Below, piece by piece: positions 27,451 through 36,511 of a stretch of DNA of 64,000 bases (positions are counted from its first letter, which is position 1; each line of letters opens with the position of its first letter). Made by a program: the position numbers and the translations under genes. The stretch covers positions 124,001 through 188,000 of the IMG/VR virus record IMGVR_UViG_3300037502_003770, one strand, 5' to 3'. The notes under the pieces were generated by a model, which was given only the letters and a program-made list of their open reading frames with translations, had not been told where the DNA came from and did no database searches.

Positions 27451-27903
27451 ATGAATACAGAAGTGGCAACCCTAACCAACAAAGAACGTATCAAAAAACA
27501 TTTCTTTCAGATAATGAAGGATGTAAAATTTGTAAATACTTCTGATAATTTTTTAGAAGTATTAAACAATTATGATACAGTAGATATTGAAGAAATATCA
27601 AAAAAGTTATTAAAAGAATTATCAAAAGTTAGTGATTTTCTAAGAAAAGAGAATATACATTTATTAGATTATGATATAAGTTTAAAAATTTATGAACTAA
27701 TAATTCAACATTCGTTAGTTTATTGTATTTTAAGAGAAAGTATATATCTTGACGTTTCAATTGCTAGATATTTTGCTAGTATTGCTAGATTAAATTATAG
27801 AAAAGAAAATAATTTAAGTGACACTTTTATTACTACTGAACAAACTAGAATAGAAGGTAAAGCTTATTTAGATGCAATTTCTAAATTTAAGTATAAAGAA
27901 TAA
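27451..27903 (+). CDS. hypothetical protein
   Basis: Promoter-gene-terminator unit. Confidence 0.75.
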   Translation: MNTEVATLTNKERIKKHFFQIMKDVKFVNTSDNFLEVLNNYDTVDIEEISKKLLKELSKVSDFLRKENIHLLDYDISLKIYELIIQHSLVYCILRESIYLDVSIARYFASIARLNYRKENNLSDTFITTEQTRIEGKAYLDAISKFKYKE

Positions 27904-27984
27904 CCTAGAAGAATCTTTTATTTGAGAAAAACCTATTTCTTTTAGAAGTAGGTTTTTTTGTATATGAGAATTTTTCTATTATAT

Positions 27985-28510
27985 GAAAAAAAGTGCTGTT
28001 GAAAAAAATAGAATTTTATTAAATAAAACAATCTTTTTAATAAAACATTGTCTCAAATAAAAGAATCTTTATCTTAAAAGAATGTTTTTATAAAGAATGT
28101 TTATATATTTTAAGAGAAAATCTTCTTTTATTAGAAAAAAGTACCGTTGTAAATGGAGTTTCTTTTAGAAACTACAATACAAAAAGTATAATATTCAAAA
28201 AAAGTGCTGTACTAAAAATAGAATTTTACTTAAAAAGATACCAATTTTCAAAAAAAGTGCTATACAAAAAGTATAATTATATCATAATGTATGTATATAT
28301 TTTAATAAAAAAGAGTTTTATTAAAAAAAAGTACAGTACTAAAAATAGAAAATTCTTATATAATGGAATATTTTGCTATACAAAAAGTGTAAAATTAAAA
28401 AAAGTACTGTAGTATTTTTTACTTTTAAAGAATTTTAGTCCAATATAAGAGAAAAATTCCCTTATTAGAGAATAGTTTTTCTTTAATAAGAGAATTTTTT
28501 TGCTGTAGTA
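27985..28510 (-). repeat. second iteron-like array, inverted relative to the 23.3-24.0 kb array
   Basis: AAAAAAGT(G/A)C(T/C/A)(G/A)T at ~27987, 28135, 28198, 28251, 28325, 28398, plus AAA(C/G)A(A/T)T(C/G)T boxes at 28025-28102. Confidence 0.7.
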
Positions 28511-28766
28511 TTTTTCTATATGAGAATTTTTTTCTTATGGTAGATTTTTTTTCTCAAAAAGTATTTTCTCATTTAGTAGAATTTTTCTCCTATTGTATAT
28601 TTCTTATTGTAGAAAAGAGGTTTTCTCAAAAAGTAGTATCATTTCTAGCAAAGTATATCATTTCTTTGAGAAAAAAATAATTAAAAAAAAGTTTGGATAT
28701 ATGAAAAATAGATGTTTACTTTGTCTTGTTATTGCAATGGTGCTTTAACATTAACCCTTAAACCGT

Positions 28767-29267
28767 ATGGCAACTGCATTGTTAACCTTAGAAAATTGTA
28801 TTTACGAAATTGTAAACAATGGAAAAAATATAATTTTCCCTAAAGAAATTGAATCATTCAGTAATATTCTGATTGATAAAGAAAAAATATTAAATGAATA
28901 TGATTTTAATAAATTTGGATATATTCCTAGTTTAGAAAATCAATCTTTAAAAACAATTATTCAACATAATACAGAATTCAATGAATATCCGAATTATTGT
29001 TTACGTTCAATAATTGCAAACTTAATTCAAAATGAATTTAGTAATTATTATCAAAGTATATTTGATAAAAATATTAATGACCATAAATACATACCTGATG
29101 CAGAATATTTAGGTACACAATATCATAATTTCGTTTACAATAAAACGATGTTAGAAGTAATACAACACTTCAAACTAAATTTTAACTATAATCATTATAT
29201 AAATGATTTAGTTTTTCTTACTGATTTATTATACAAATATTCAGATTATGAAAAAGTAAATAATTAA
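28767..29267 (+). CDS. hypothetical protein
   Basis: Promoter-gene-terminator unit. Confidence 0.75.
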   Translation: MATALLTLENCIYEIVNNGKNIIFPKEIESFSNILIDKEKILNEYDFNKFGYIPSLENQSLKTIIQHNTEFNEYPNYCLRSIIANLIQNEFSNYYQSIFDKNINDHKYIPDAEYLGTQYHNFVYNKTMLEVIQHFKLNFNYNHYINDLVFLTDLLYKYSDYEKVNN

Positions 29268-29352
29268 TTGAAAGTAAAGCCTATTTCTTAATGAAGTAGG
29301 CTTTTTTTATATCCTTACTTTTTCTTAATGGTTACTACTTGTTTAGGTAGTC

Positions 29353-29570
29353 TTATTTCTTTAAGTAAAGCAGTTTTAAAGGTTCCTGATACTGCAAAGG
29401 TAGTTTGATACCTTTAAACTTTACAGTTGCTTAGATAGTCTTTCTAGTGGTTCCTGATACCCTAGAAAAAAAGTTTACTGAAAATTTGGATAACTCAAAG
29501 TAAGGTTATATCTTTGCAAGTGAATAGTAATAAAGCTATTCAATAACCTTAAACCTGATTCCCTTATGAA
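29353..29570 (+). repeat. upstream regulatory block duplicated at 31721-31943
   Basis: TTATTTCTTTAAGTAAAGCAGTTTTAAAGGTTCCTGAT, GGTTCCTGATACCCTAGAAAAAAAGTTTACTGAAAATTTGGATA and AAACCTGATTCCCTTATGAA are shared. Confidence 0.8.
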
Positions 29571-31461
29571 GTACCAACTTAACCCAAGATTAGATAGCTG
29601 CCAACTTAATGCAGTTAATACAGTTGCTCAAGCTACTGAAAATGAAGTTGTAAAAGTTGAGGCTGTTGCTGGTTCAGGCAAAACTACTACAATCATTGAA
29701 TCTATTAAGGAACTTGTAAATAGGGACTTAATACAATACAATAATAATGTATTGGTTCAGTTTAATAAAAATATTGCAACTGAAACAAAAGAGAAAATTA
29801 TGTTCAATAAATTAGATAAGTTTATTGATTGCAGAACTATTCATTCTGTATTTTTTCCTGCATTAAATGTAGTAAAAAAGTTCTTTGGAAAATTGCAAGT
29901 TAAATTAGTTGAGGATAATTTTAAAGCTACCTCAATTGTGAATAAGTATGTAGATGCTTATTGTGAAAATAATAATATTGATTCAGAAAAATCAATTGAA
30001 TTATTTAATCTTTCTGATATGTCAAGATTATTCGATTTAATCCGTTTATTTGCAATTACTGATTATTCAGATGTGGATGCAATTAACGAAATAATAGAAC
30101 GTTACAGTTTAAATATTTCACCGATTGCATTACAATTAATGCAAAATATCTTTGAACTGCAATATCCAAGTAGATATAAAGATATTGAAGTATTTACTAG
30201 TGGTGCTTTTAAATATAGTTTCTATTCACGTTCTGATAAAAAAACTGTAACCGTTTTTGAAAAGAACTTAAATAATAATATTCCTTATATGTATTTTGAT
30301 TTTACCGATATGCTTTATATTGCATATAAGTATTATTCAAGCTTACAAAACGAGCTACCTAGTTTTGAATACATATTTATAGATGAGGCTCAAGACTTAT
30401 CTAAATTGGATTATTGTTTAATTCAATTGATTAAACAAAAAAATTCAAAACTTATTTATGTTGGAGACCACCTGCAAGCTATTAATATGTTTAAAGGTGC
30501 TTTACCTGAATTGTATAAAAATTTCGATGCTACATACAATTGTGAATTAAATTACAATTACCGTAGTGGTTCCGAAATAATTCAGTATGTAAATGAAAAT
30601 ACAGTATGTAAAAATATTGTAAGTGGTTTAAATACTCAAGGTATAATTAATACCGATTATTTAACTACTTCTGAAAATAAAAACAAACTAATATCTTTTG
30701 TAAATGAATTAAAATCATTTTCCGAAGATAAAAGTAATAAAGAAAAACATTTAATACTTTCTGAAAAAAACGATATTTTAATTTCGTTGTATATTCAGTT
30801 AGCAAAAAATAATGTTTCTGATATTACTTTAAAAGGTGTAGCCGAATTATTAACAAGTTACAATACTTGTTTAAACTTTCAGAATGATAAAATGAAAGTA
30901 AAAGCAGTTAAAGATACTGATTCAATCGATACCGTTTTAAATGCAATACAATTGCAATTAAATATGAAAAGAAAAACTTTGCAGTCTTTGTATAATTTCG
31001 ATAATGAAAACGATTATCTAAAAGATACTGATTACTTCAATTTTAGTATCATTGAATATTTAGTAAAAGAACTTACTTCAATGAAGGAATATAATTCTGT
31101 AAAAGAATTAAGTTTGCAAGTAAATAAAATATTGAATAGTTATGATAGTGGTAAGCTTAGTAATAAAATTACCCTAATGACTGTTCATAAAGCCAAAGGT
31201 TTAGAAAGTGATATTGTAACTATCGTTAATTCAGATTTTAAACCTAAAGAAAAATTAAATAAAAATACAGGCAAACCTTATCCAATACCTAACTGGTTAG
31301 TTGAACAGTTTGAAAATTTAAAATATGTTGCTTTTACTCGTGCAGTAAAACAATTAAATATTTTAACATTGCCACAAACTGAAAATGAAAAAACAGGTTT
31401 TAAAAATAGTGGTAGGATGTATAAGGAAAATAACAAAGGTCAAACAGTAAGGAATTTTTAA
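29566..31461 (+). CDS. UvrD/Rep-like superfamily 1 helicase
   Basis: AVAGSGKTT, FNKNIA, RTIHS, DFTDML, FIDEAQD, VGDHLQAI, NYRS, TVHKAKGLE, YVAFTRA. Confidence 0.92.
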   Translation: MKYQLNPRLDSCQLNAVNTVAQATENEVVKVEAVAGSGKTTTIIESIKELVNRDLIQYNNNVLVQFNKNIATETKEKIMFNKLDKFIDCRTIHSVFFPALNVVKKFFGKLQVKLVEDNFKATSIVNKYVDAYCENNNIDSEKSIELFNLSDMSRLFDLIRLFAITDYSDVDAINEIIERYSLNISPIALQLMQNIFELQYPSRYKDIEVFTSGAFKYSFYSRSDKKTVTVFEKNLNNNIPYMYFDFTDMLYIAYKYYSSLQNELPSFEYIFIDEAQDLSKLDYCLIQLIKQKNSKLIYVGDHLQAINMFKGALPELYKNFDATYNCELNYNYRSGSEIIQYVNENTVCKNIVSGLNTQGIINTDYLTTSENKNKLISFVNELKSFSEDKSNKEKHLILSEKNDILISLYIQLAKNNVSDITLKGVAELLTSYNTCLNFQNDKMKVKAVKDTDSIDTVLNAIQLQLNMKRKTLQSLYNFDNENDYLKDTDYFNFSIIEYLVKELTSMKEYNSVKELSLQVNKILNSYDSGKLSNKITLMTVHKAKGLESDIVTIVNSDFKPKEKLNKNTGKPYPIPNWLVEQFENLKYVAFTRAVKQLNILTLPQTENEKTGFKNSGRMYKENNKGQTVRNF

Positions 31462-31938
31462 AATATCCTTACCTCAATATAAAACCTATCTTTTTTAAAG
31501 ATAGGTTTTTTTATATCCTTACTTTATCCTGATACCTACCTTAGTTCTCTATATAGTCTTATTAACGTTTTAAAGCCTCGTTAAGCTACTCTAAATACTA
31601 AATGATAGTTTGATACCTTTATACTATCCTGATGCCTTAAAGATACCTTTATGTAAGGAATAGAACTACCTACCTAGATAACCTTACTTAGTTGTGAAGT
31701 AGTAACCCTATATAAATAGCTTTATTTCTTTAAGTAAAGCAGTTTTAAAGGTTCCTGATTAGTGGTAAAGTAATTTACTATTAAAATAGCTTAGGTTCGC
31801 TTAGAGAGGCTTTATATAGGTTCCTGATACCCTAGAAAAAAAGTTTACTGAAAATTTGGATATATGAAAATAAAGTATTAACTTTGCAGTAGTTAAAGCA
31901 ATCAAGCTTTAATCATAACCAATAAACCTGATTCCCTT

Positions 31939-32124
31939 ATGAAAAATTTAATCTATGTAACTAATTTCCTGATAGGTGCTTTAACCTTATTATTACCTAT
32001 TACTTTATATCGTTTTGGTTTAGGAAATAATAATGCAATAATAGTAACTATTTTCTTACTGATTGAATTATTCTTATTAGTAAGATTAAATATTATATTC
32101 AGAAAATTAAATACAACTAAATAA
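31939..32124 (+). CDS. small two-TM membrane protein
   Basis: Hydrophobic 61 aa ORF after a promoter. Confidence 0.7.
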   Translation: MKNLIYVTNFLIGALTLLLPITLYRFGLGNNNAIIVTIFLLIELFLLVRLNIIFRKLNTTK

Positions 32125-32154
32125 ACCTATTCACTTAAAAACAATTTAATCCTT

Positions 32155-32325
32155 ATGGAAAAGACTTTCAGAAAATCAATTGCCTTAATAATTGATTCAT
32201 TATTGTATTTAATACTTTTATTAGTATTGAATTATTCAATTGAAAACATATTTCTTTTAATAGGAAGTGTTTTATTAGGAACATATATATATTTAATTCA
32301 TATAATTAAAAAATATCCTGATTGA
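32155..32325 (+). CDS. small two-TM membrane protein (56 aa, not in track)
   Basis: MEKTFRKSIALIIDSLLYLILLLVLNY...IKKYPD*. Confidence 0.6.
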   Translation: MEKTFRKSIALIIDSLLYLILLLVLNYSIENIFLLIGSVLLGTYIYLIHIIKKYPD

Positions 32326-32357
32326 ACGATGTCGCAAATAGTATTCTCATATATGGG

Positions 32358-32373
32358 AGTTCCACGTGGAACA
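32358..32373. promoter_or_regulatory. parS-like centromere site
   Basis: AGTTCCACGTGGAACA: perfect 14 bp palindrome, 15/16 match to the chromosomal parS form TGTTCCACGTGGAACA. Confidence 0.7.
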
Positions 32374-32376
32374 GTA

Positions 32377-32437
32377 GGGGTGGGGGTGGGTATCCCCTAG
32401 GGGGAGGGGAGGGGAGGTGGGGAGGACAGGGGTGGGG
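32377..32437 (+). other. G-rich tract with G-quadruplex potential
   Basis: Nine runs of 3 or more G in 61 nt, in an otherwise very AT-rich genome. Confidence 0.75.
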
Positions 32438-32483
32438 ACTACATCGAAACATTTTTTCCAAAAAAACAGAATTTTTCTAAGGA

Positions 32484-32624
32484 ACTTTTTTTTAAAGAAA
32501 ATAACCCTTTCTTAAAGGAAGAAATTGATTTACAGATACTTATGTTTTATTTAAAAGACTTTTTTTTAAAGAAAATAAGCTTTCTTTAAGAAAGAAATTG
32601 ATTTAGAGATAGTTATGTTTTATT
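32484..32624 (+). repeat. tandem imperfect repeat, period 74 bp, 2 copies
   Basis: ACTTTTTTTTAAAGAAAATAA...AAGAAATTGATTTA.AGATA.TTATGTTTTATT twice. Confidence 0.8.
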
Positions 32625-32836
32625 CTAAATAAATCTTTTTCAGAAGGTTATAAAATTTTAAGAAAACAGAATTTTTCTAAAGTACTTTTTCTTTACAAGA
32701 ATATTCTTTATGTGTAGATTTTCTAATAGGGGAAGGGGGGGGGTATTTTTATGAGTGGTCAATAAAATTTTTTTGTGGAAAAATTATGATTTTATAAAGA
32801 GAGCTATTTATTTAGAAAGGCGAATAATATTTAAAG

Positions 32837-34345
32837 ATGAGAGATATTAAGAACATTGATAAGCTGAGTGATAATAATCATAAGATAGATATTTTATCTT
32901 TAAATAAATTTTTAATTGAGAGGGGAGATAATTTTTTAGAAACTATTATTACAAACAATTATACCTTTATTAAGAGGGAAGATATTACAAAAGAATTTTT
33001 TCAATTAAATTATAAAAAGATTTTTCATGGTGAAAGTATTGATGATTTGGATTTTCTTGGTAAAGATTTTCCTATTGAGTGGTATAATGTGGATATTTTT
33101 AAATATATTCTTGATACATATTTTATTTTATTTCCAGCTTTTAAAACAATAAAATTATTTCCAAAGGAGATATTCTATATTTATAATTATTGCGAATTAT
33201 TTATTAAATATAATACAGTATTTTTAGAATATATACCAAAAGATATTGAGAATTATTATGAACTTGTTAAACAAGCTTTTATCAAATATGATGAGATAAT
33301 ATGGAAAAATTGGTTTCCAAAGGAATATATTCCTCAATTAAGAAAAGACTTTCCTGATAATTTAACTGTTAAAGCTTATATTCAATTAAAAAATTTATCA
33401 GAAAATAAAAATTCTTTATTAAGGGAAGATTATCGTTATGTATTAACTAATAGTGATGTATATCTTACTAAGAAGATAGAAGCTGTAAGTGATAAAAATA
33501 AGTTTGATGCTATTGCTTTTGATAAGTATTTACTTTCTTTTGGAAATAATGATTTACACAAGATATTATTTAATAAAAGGTATATTATTCCTAGTAAGGA
33601 GAGATTTCAAAAAAATTACATGAATATTTTAAGAAAGAATAATACTGTTAAAAATATTCATGGTTATGATGATGAGAAATATGGTTATTTAAGTTCTTTA
33701 ATACCTAAAGAGTATTATACTAAAGAAATGGTAGATAAGATAGTTGAACATTTTGGTTTATTTACTGTGGTAAAAAAGAGTCTAATAAATCAAAATGTTG
33801 ATGGGTTTGCTAATTTGGTTAAGGAGTATATTACGAATAGGGCTGTTTATTCAATACTTGCCAACATTAATCCTTATATTGAGGGTTATTATGATTTATT
33901 TAAATATGCAATTGAGAAAAATCCTTTTTCGATTAAATATTTAAATACTGAATTTGATAGGTATGAAGAGCTTGCTTTATTTGCTGTTTCTATTAGTGCT
34001 GGTGTCTTATTTTATATACCAGAATATAAAAGAAGTTATTATGTTTGTTTAAAAGCTGTTTCTGAAAATGGTTTTTTAATAAAAAGAGTACCAGAAGATG
34101 TTGAAAACTATTATTCTTTAGTAAAAGTTGCTTATTTACAGAATAAAGATAGTATTAATGAAATTAATTTAAATCCTTATTATATTGATATGTTAAAAAA
34201 GGATTTTCCTGAAGACGAGGAGCTTCAAAAAAAGAAAGGTTTTGATGATGTATTTGATGACCCTTATAATTTTCTTAAAGAACATATTTCAAAACAGGTA
34301 AGAAAGTTATTAAAAGAAGCTATTTATAAGAAAGGAAATTTTTAA
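32837..34345 (+). CDS. two-module DUF4116-like repeat protein with L-x-E linker and C-terminal tag; putative internal head protein
   Basis: KIDILSLNKFLIERGD start, (I/V)PxD(I/V)ENYY repeats, linker LSENKNSLLRE, tail LKEHISKQVRKLLKE. Confidence 0.7.
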   Translation: MRDIKNIDKLSDNNHKIDILSLNKFLIERGDNFLETIITNNYTFIKREDITKEFFQLNYKKIFHGESIDDLDFLGKDFPIEWYNVDIFKYILDTYFILFPAFKTIKLFPKEIFYIYNYCELFIKYNTVFLEYIPKDIENYYELVKQAFIKYDEIIWKNWFPKEYIPQLRKDFPDNLTVKAYIQLKNLSENKNSLLREDYRYVLTNSDVYLTKKIEAVSDKNKFDAIAFDKYLLSFGNNDLHKILFNKRYIIPSKERFQKNYMNILRKNNTVKNIHGYDDEKYGYLSSLIPKEYYTKEMVDKIVEHFGLFTVVKKSLINQNVDGFANLVKEYITNRAVYSILANINPYIEGYYDLFKYAIEKNPFSIKYLNTEFDRYEELALFAVSISAGVLFYIPEYKRSYYVCLKAVSENGFLIKRVPEDVENYYSLVKVAYLQNKDSINEINLNPYYIDMLKKDFPEDEELQKKKGFDDVFDDPYNFLKEHISKQVRKLLKEAIYKKGNF

Positions 34346-34944
34346 TGAAGAATTTTAATAAATTAAATGATACTAAACATGAGATAGATTTAATTTCTTT
34401 AAGTGATTTTTTACTTGAGAAGGATGATGATTATTTAGATAAGTTTATAAAAAAAGAATTTAAAAAACCTGAAGATATAACAGAGACATATCTTAAATTA
34501 TGGTATAAGTATATATTTAATATAGATAGTTATTTTGGTGTATCATACACTGAGTTTGATTTTACTGGTGATGATTTTCCTATTGAGTGGTATATGGATG
34601 CAAAATTTTTAGATACTTTATTTGAAGAATCTGGTATTAAGTTTTTAATGTGTGTACCAAAAGTATTAAGATATGATTATGAAGTTTGTGAACGTTCTAT
34701 TAATAAAAACCCTATTTCTTTAAAGTATGTCCCAAAAGATATTGAGAATTATTATGGTTTAGTAAAGCTTGCTTTTAAGAAAAAACAAAATTTAATTGGA
34801 CAAAAATGGTTTCCAAAGGAATATATTCCTCAATTAAAGAATGATTTGGATGATGAATTATCTCAACATTATTTAAATCTTCAGGAGCATATTTCAAAAG
34901 AAGTGAGGAAACTTTTAAAAGAATACTATTTAAAGAAAATATAG
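34345..34944 (+). CDS. DUF4116-like repeat protein with C-terminal tag
   Basis: EIDLISLSDFLLEKDD ... LQEHISKEVRKLLKE. Confidence 0.7.
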   Translation: MKNFNKLNDTKHEIDLISLSDFLLEKDDDYLDKFIKKEFKKPEDITETYLKLWYKYIFNIDSYFGVSYTEFDFTGDDFPIEWYMDAKFLDTLFEESGIKFLMCVPKVLRYDYEVCERSINKNPISLKYVPKDIENYYGLVKLAFKKKQNLIGQKWFPKEYIPQLKNDLDDELSQHYLNLQEHISKEVRKLLKEYYLKKI

Positions 34945-34948
34945 TTAG

Positions 34949-36511
34949 ATGGGATTAGTGTATAATAATAAGAGGATTAAAAAAGATATAAGTGATATTC
35001 ACAATATTGATATTATTTCTTTAAATAAATTTCTTCTTGATAAGGGTGATAAATTTTTTGGAAAGTTATTATATTACAATTGGTGTTTACTTCCTGATAA
35101 GGAGACTTTTCAAAAGAATTGGATGTATTATATTGAAAAGTACGATAAATACAATGAAGATGGTTTTGGTAAAAAATCAAATTTAATACCAAAAGAATAT
35201 TATACAAAAGAGATAATTAATTCTATATTAAAAACTGATTTTGATAGTAATCATAGTTTTACTTTAATTAATCAATATGCTGATGGTTTTGCTGAAAGTG
35301 TTAAGGGTTATTTATTAGATAGAGTTATGTATACAAATTTGTTATATTTTATTAAATCTGATATACCTGGTTATTTTGAGTTATGTAAATCTTTAATAAA
35401 AAAGAACCCATCATATATTGACTATGTACCTAAGACTTATGATAATCAAAAATTAGTTGAGCTTTGTGCGTTAGCTGTTTCTATTGATGGTATGATTTTA
35501 AGATATGTTAGAGATAAAATTGATTTATTTTCAAATCCAAATGTTATATATACGGCAATTAAAAATAATACAATAGCTTTAAGATTTGTACCTACTAGTA
35601 TAGAAAATTATTATTCTTTTCTTAAAACAGCTTATACATTAAATAAAAGAATAATTTCAATAGATAGTGCAAAAGAATATCTTGATGATTTAAAAAGAGA
35701 TTTTCCTGAAGATATAGATTTTATTGAGAAGCGAATTAATCTTCAAGAAAATAAATCTTTATTAAAGGAAGAGAATTTTAATGAGGAGTCTTTTGTTTTT
35801 ACTTCAGATAGACATAAGATAGATATTAAATCTTTAAGCAATTTCTTAATTGAGAAGGGTGACAGGGTTTTAGATACATTATTATATGCTCGTGGTTATA
35901 AGGAAATAGATTATTATTCAGATTTTTTTAGGGAAGAGATTATAAAATATGTTAATTCTGATATTATTAAAAAGATTCCAAAAGAATTGTGGGATGATTA
36001 TTCTTTTTGTTTAACAGTTTCTTCAAGAAATGGTTATTATGCAATTGATTTTATTAATGAAGATTTTTTAAATGATTATAATATTGTAAAAAATCTTTTA
36101 ACTCAACAAGGTGAATTAATAAATAAAGTTAATCCTGATATTTTGGATGAGAAATTAATTAGATTAGCGAATAAAACAAATACTAGTGGAAAAGATTTAA
36201 CTGATACTTGTTATTTTTGGGAACATTATGATGGGAGGTATGAATTATTAAAGAAAATTATTTCTGTATACCCTGATAAAATAAGGTTTATTAGACCTAG
36301 TGATAGTAGATTTGCTGTTGATAAAAAATATTATGAATTATTAAAAATAGCTTACTTAAAGAATAAGAATATTTTAAGATATAAAGATATTAAATACAAG
36401 TATACACCTTATTATGAAAAATTAAAAAATGAGTTTGGTATTAAATTTTATTTAAAAGAGTATATTTCAAAACAGGTAAGAAAGTTATTAAAAGAAAAAA
36501 TCTCCTTATAA
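34949..36511 (+). CDS. two-module DUF4116-like repeat protein
   Basis: Two ID.xSL..FL..KGD starts, linker LQENKSLLKEE, tail LKEYISKQVRKLLKE. Confidence 0.7.
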   Translation: MGLVYNNKRIKKDISDIHNIDIISLNKFLLDKGDKFFGKLLYYNWCLLPDKETFQKNWMYYIEKYDKYNEDGFGKKSNLIPKEYYTKEIINSILKTDFDSNHSFTLINQYADGFAESVKGYLLDRVMYTNLLYFIKSDIPGYFELCKSLIKKNPSYIDYVPKTYDNQKLVELCALAVSIDGMILRYVRDKIDLFSNPNVIYTAIKNNTIALRFVPTSIENYYSFLKTAYTLNKRIISIDSAKEYLDDLKRDFPEDIDFIEKRINLQENKSLLKEENFNEESFVFTSDRHKIDIKSLSNFLIEKGDRVLDTLLYARGYKEIDYYSDFFREEIIKYVNSDIIKKIPKELWDDYSFCLTVSSRNGYYAIDFINEDFLNDYNIVKNLLTQQGELINKVNPDILDEKLIRLANKTNTSGKDLTDTCYFWEHYDGRYELLKKIISVYPDKIRFIRPSDSRFAVDKKYYELLKIAYLKNKNILRYKDIKYKYTPYYEKLKNEFGIKFYLKEYISKQVRKLLKEKISL

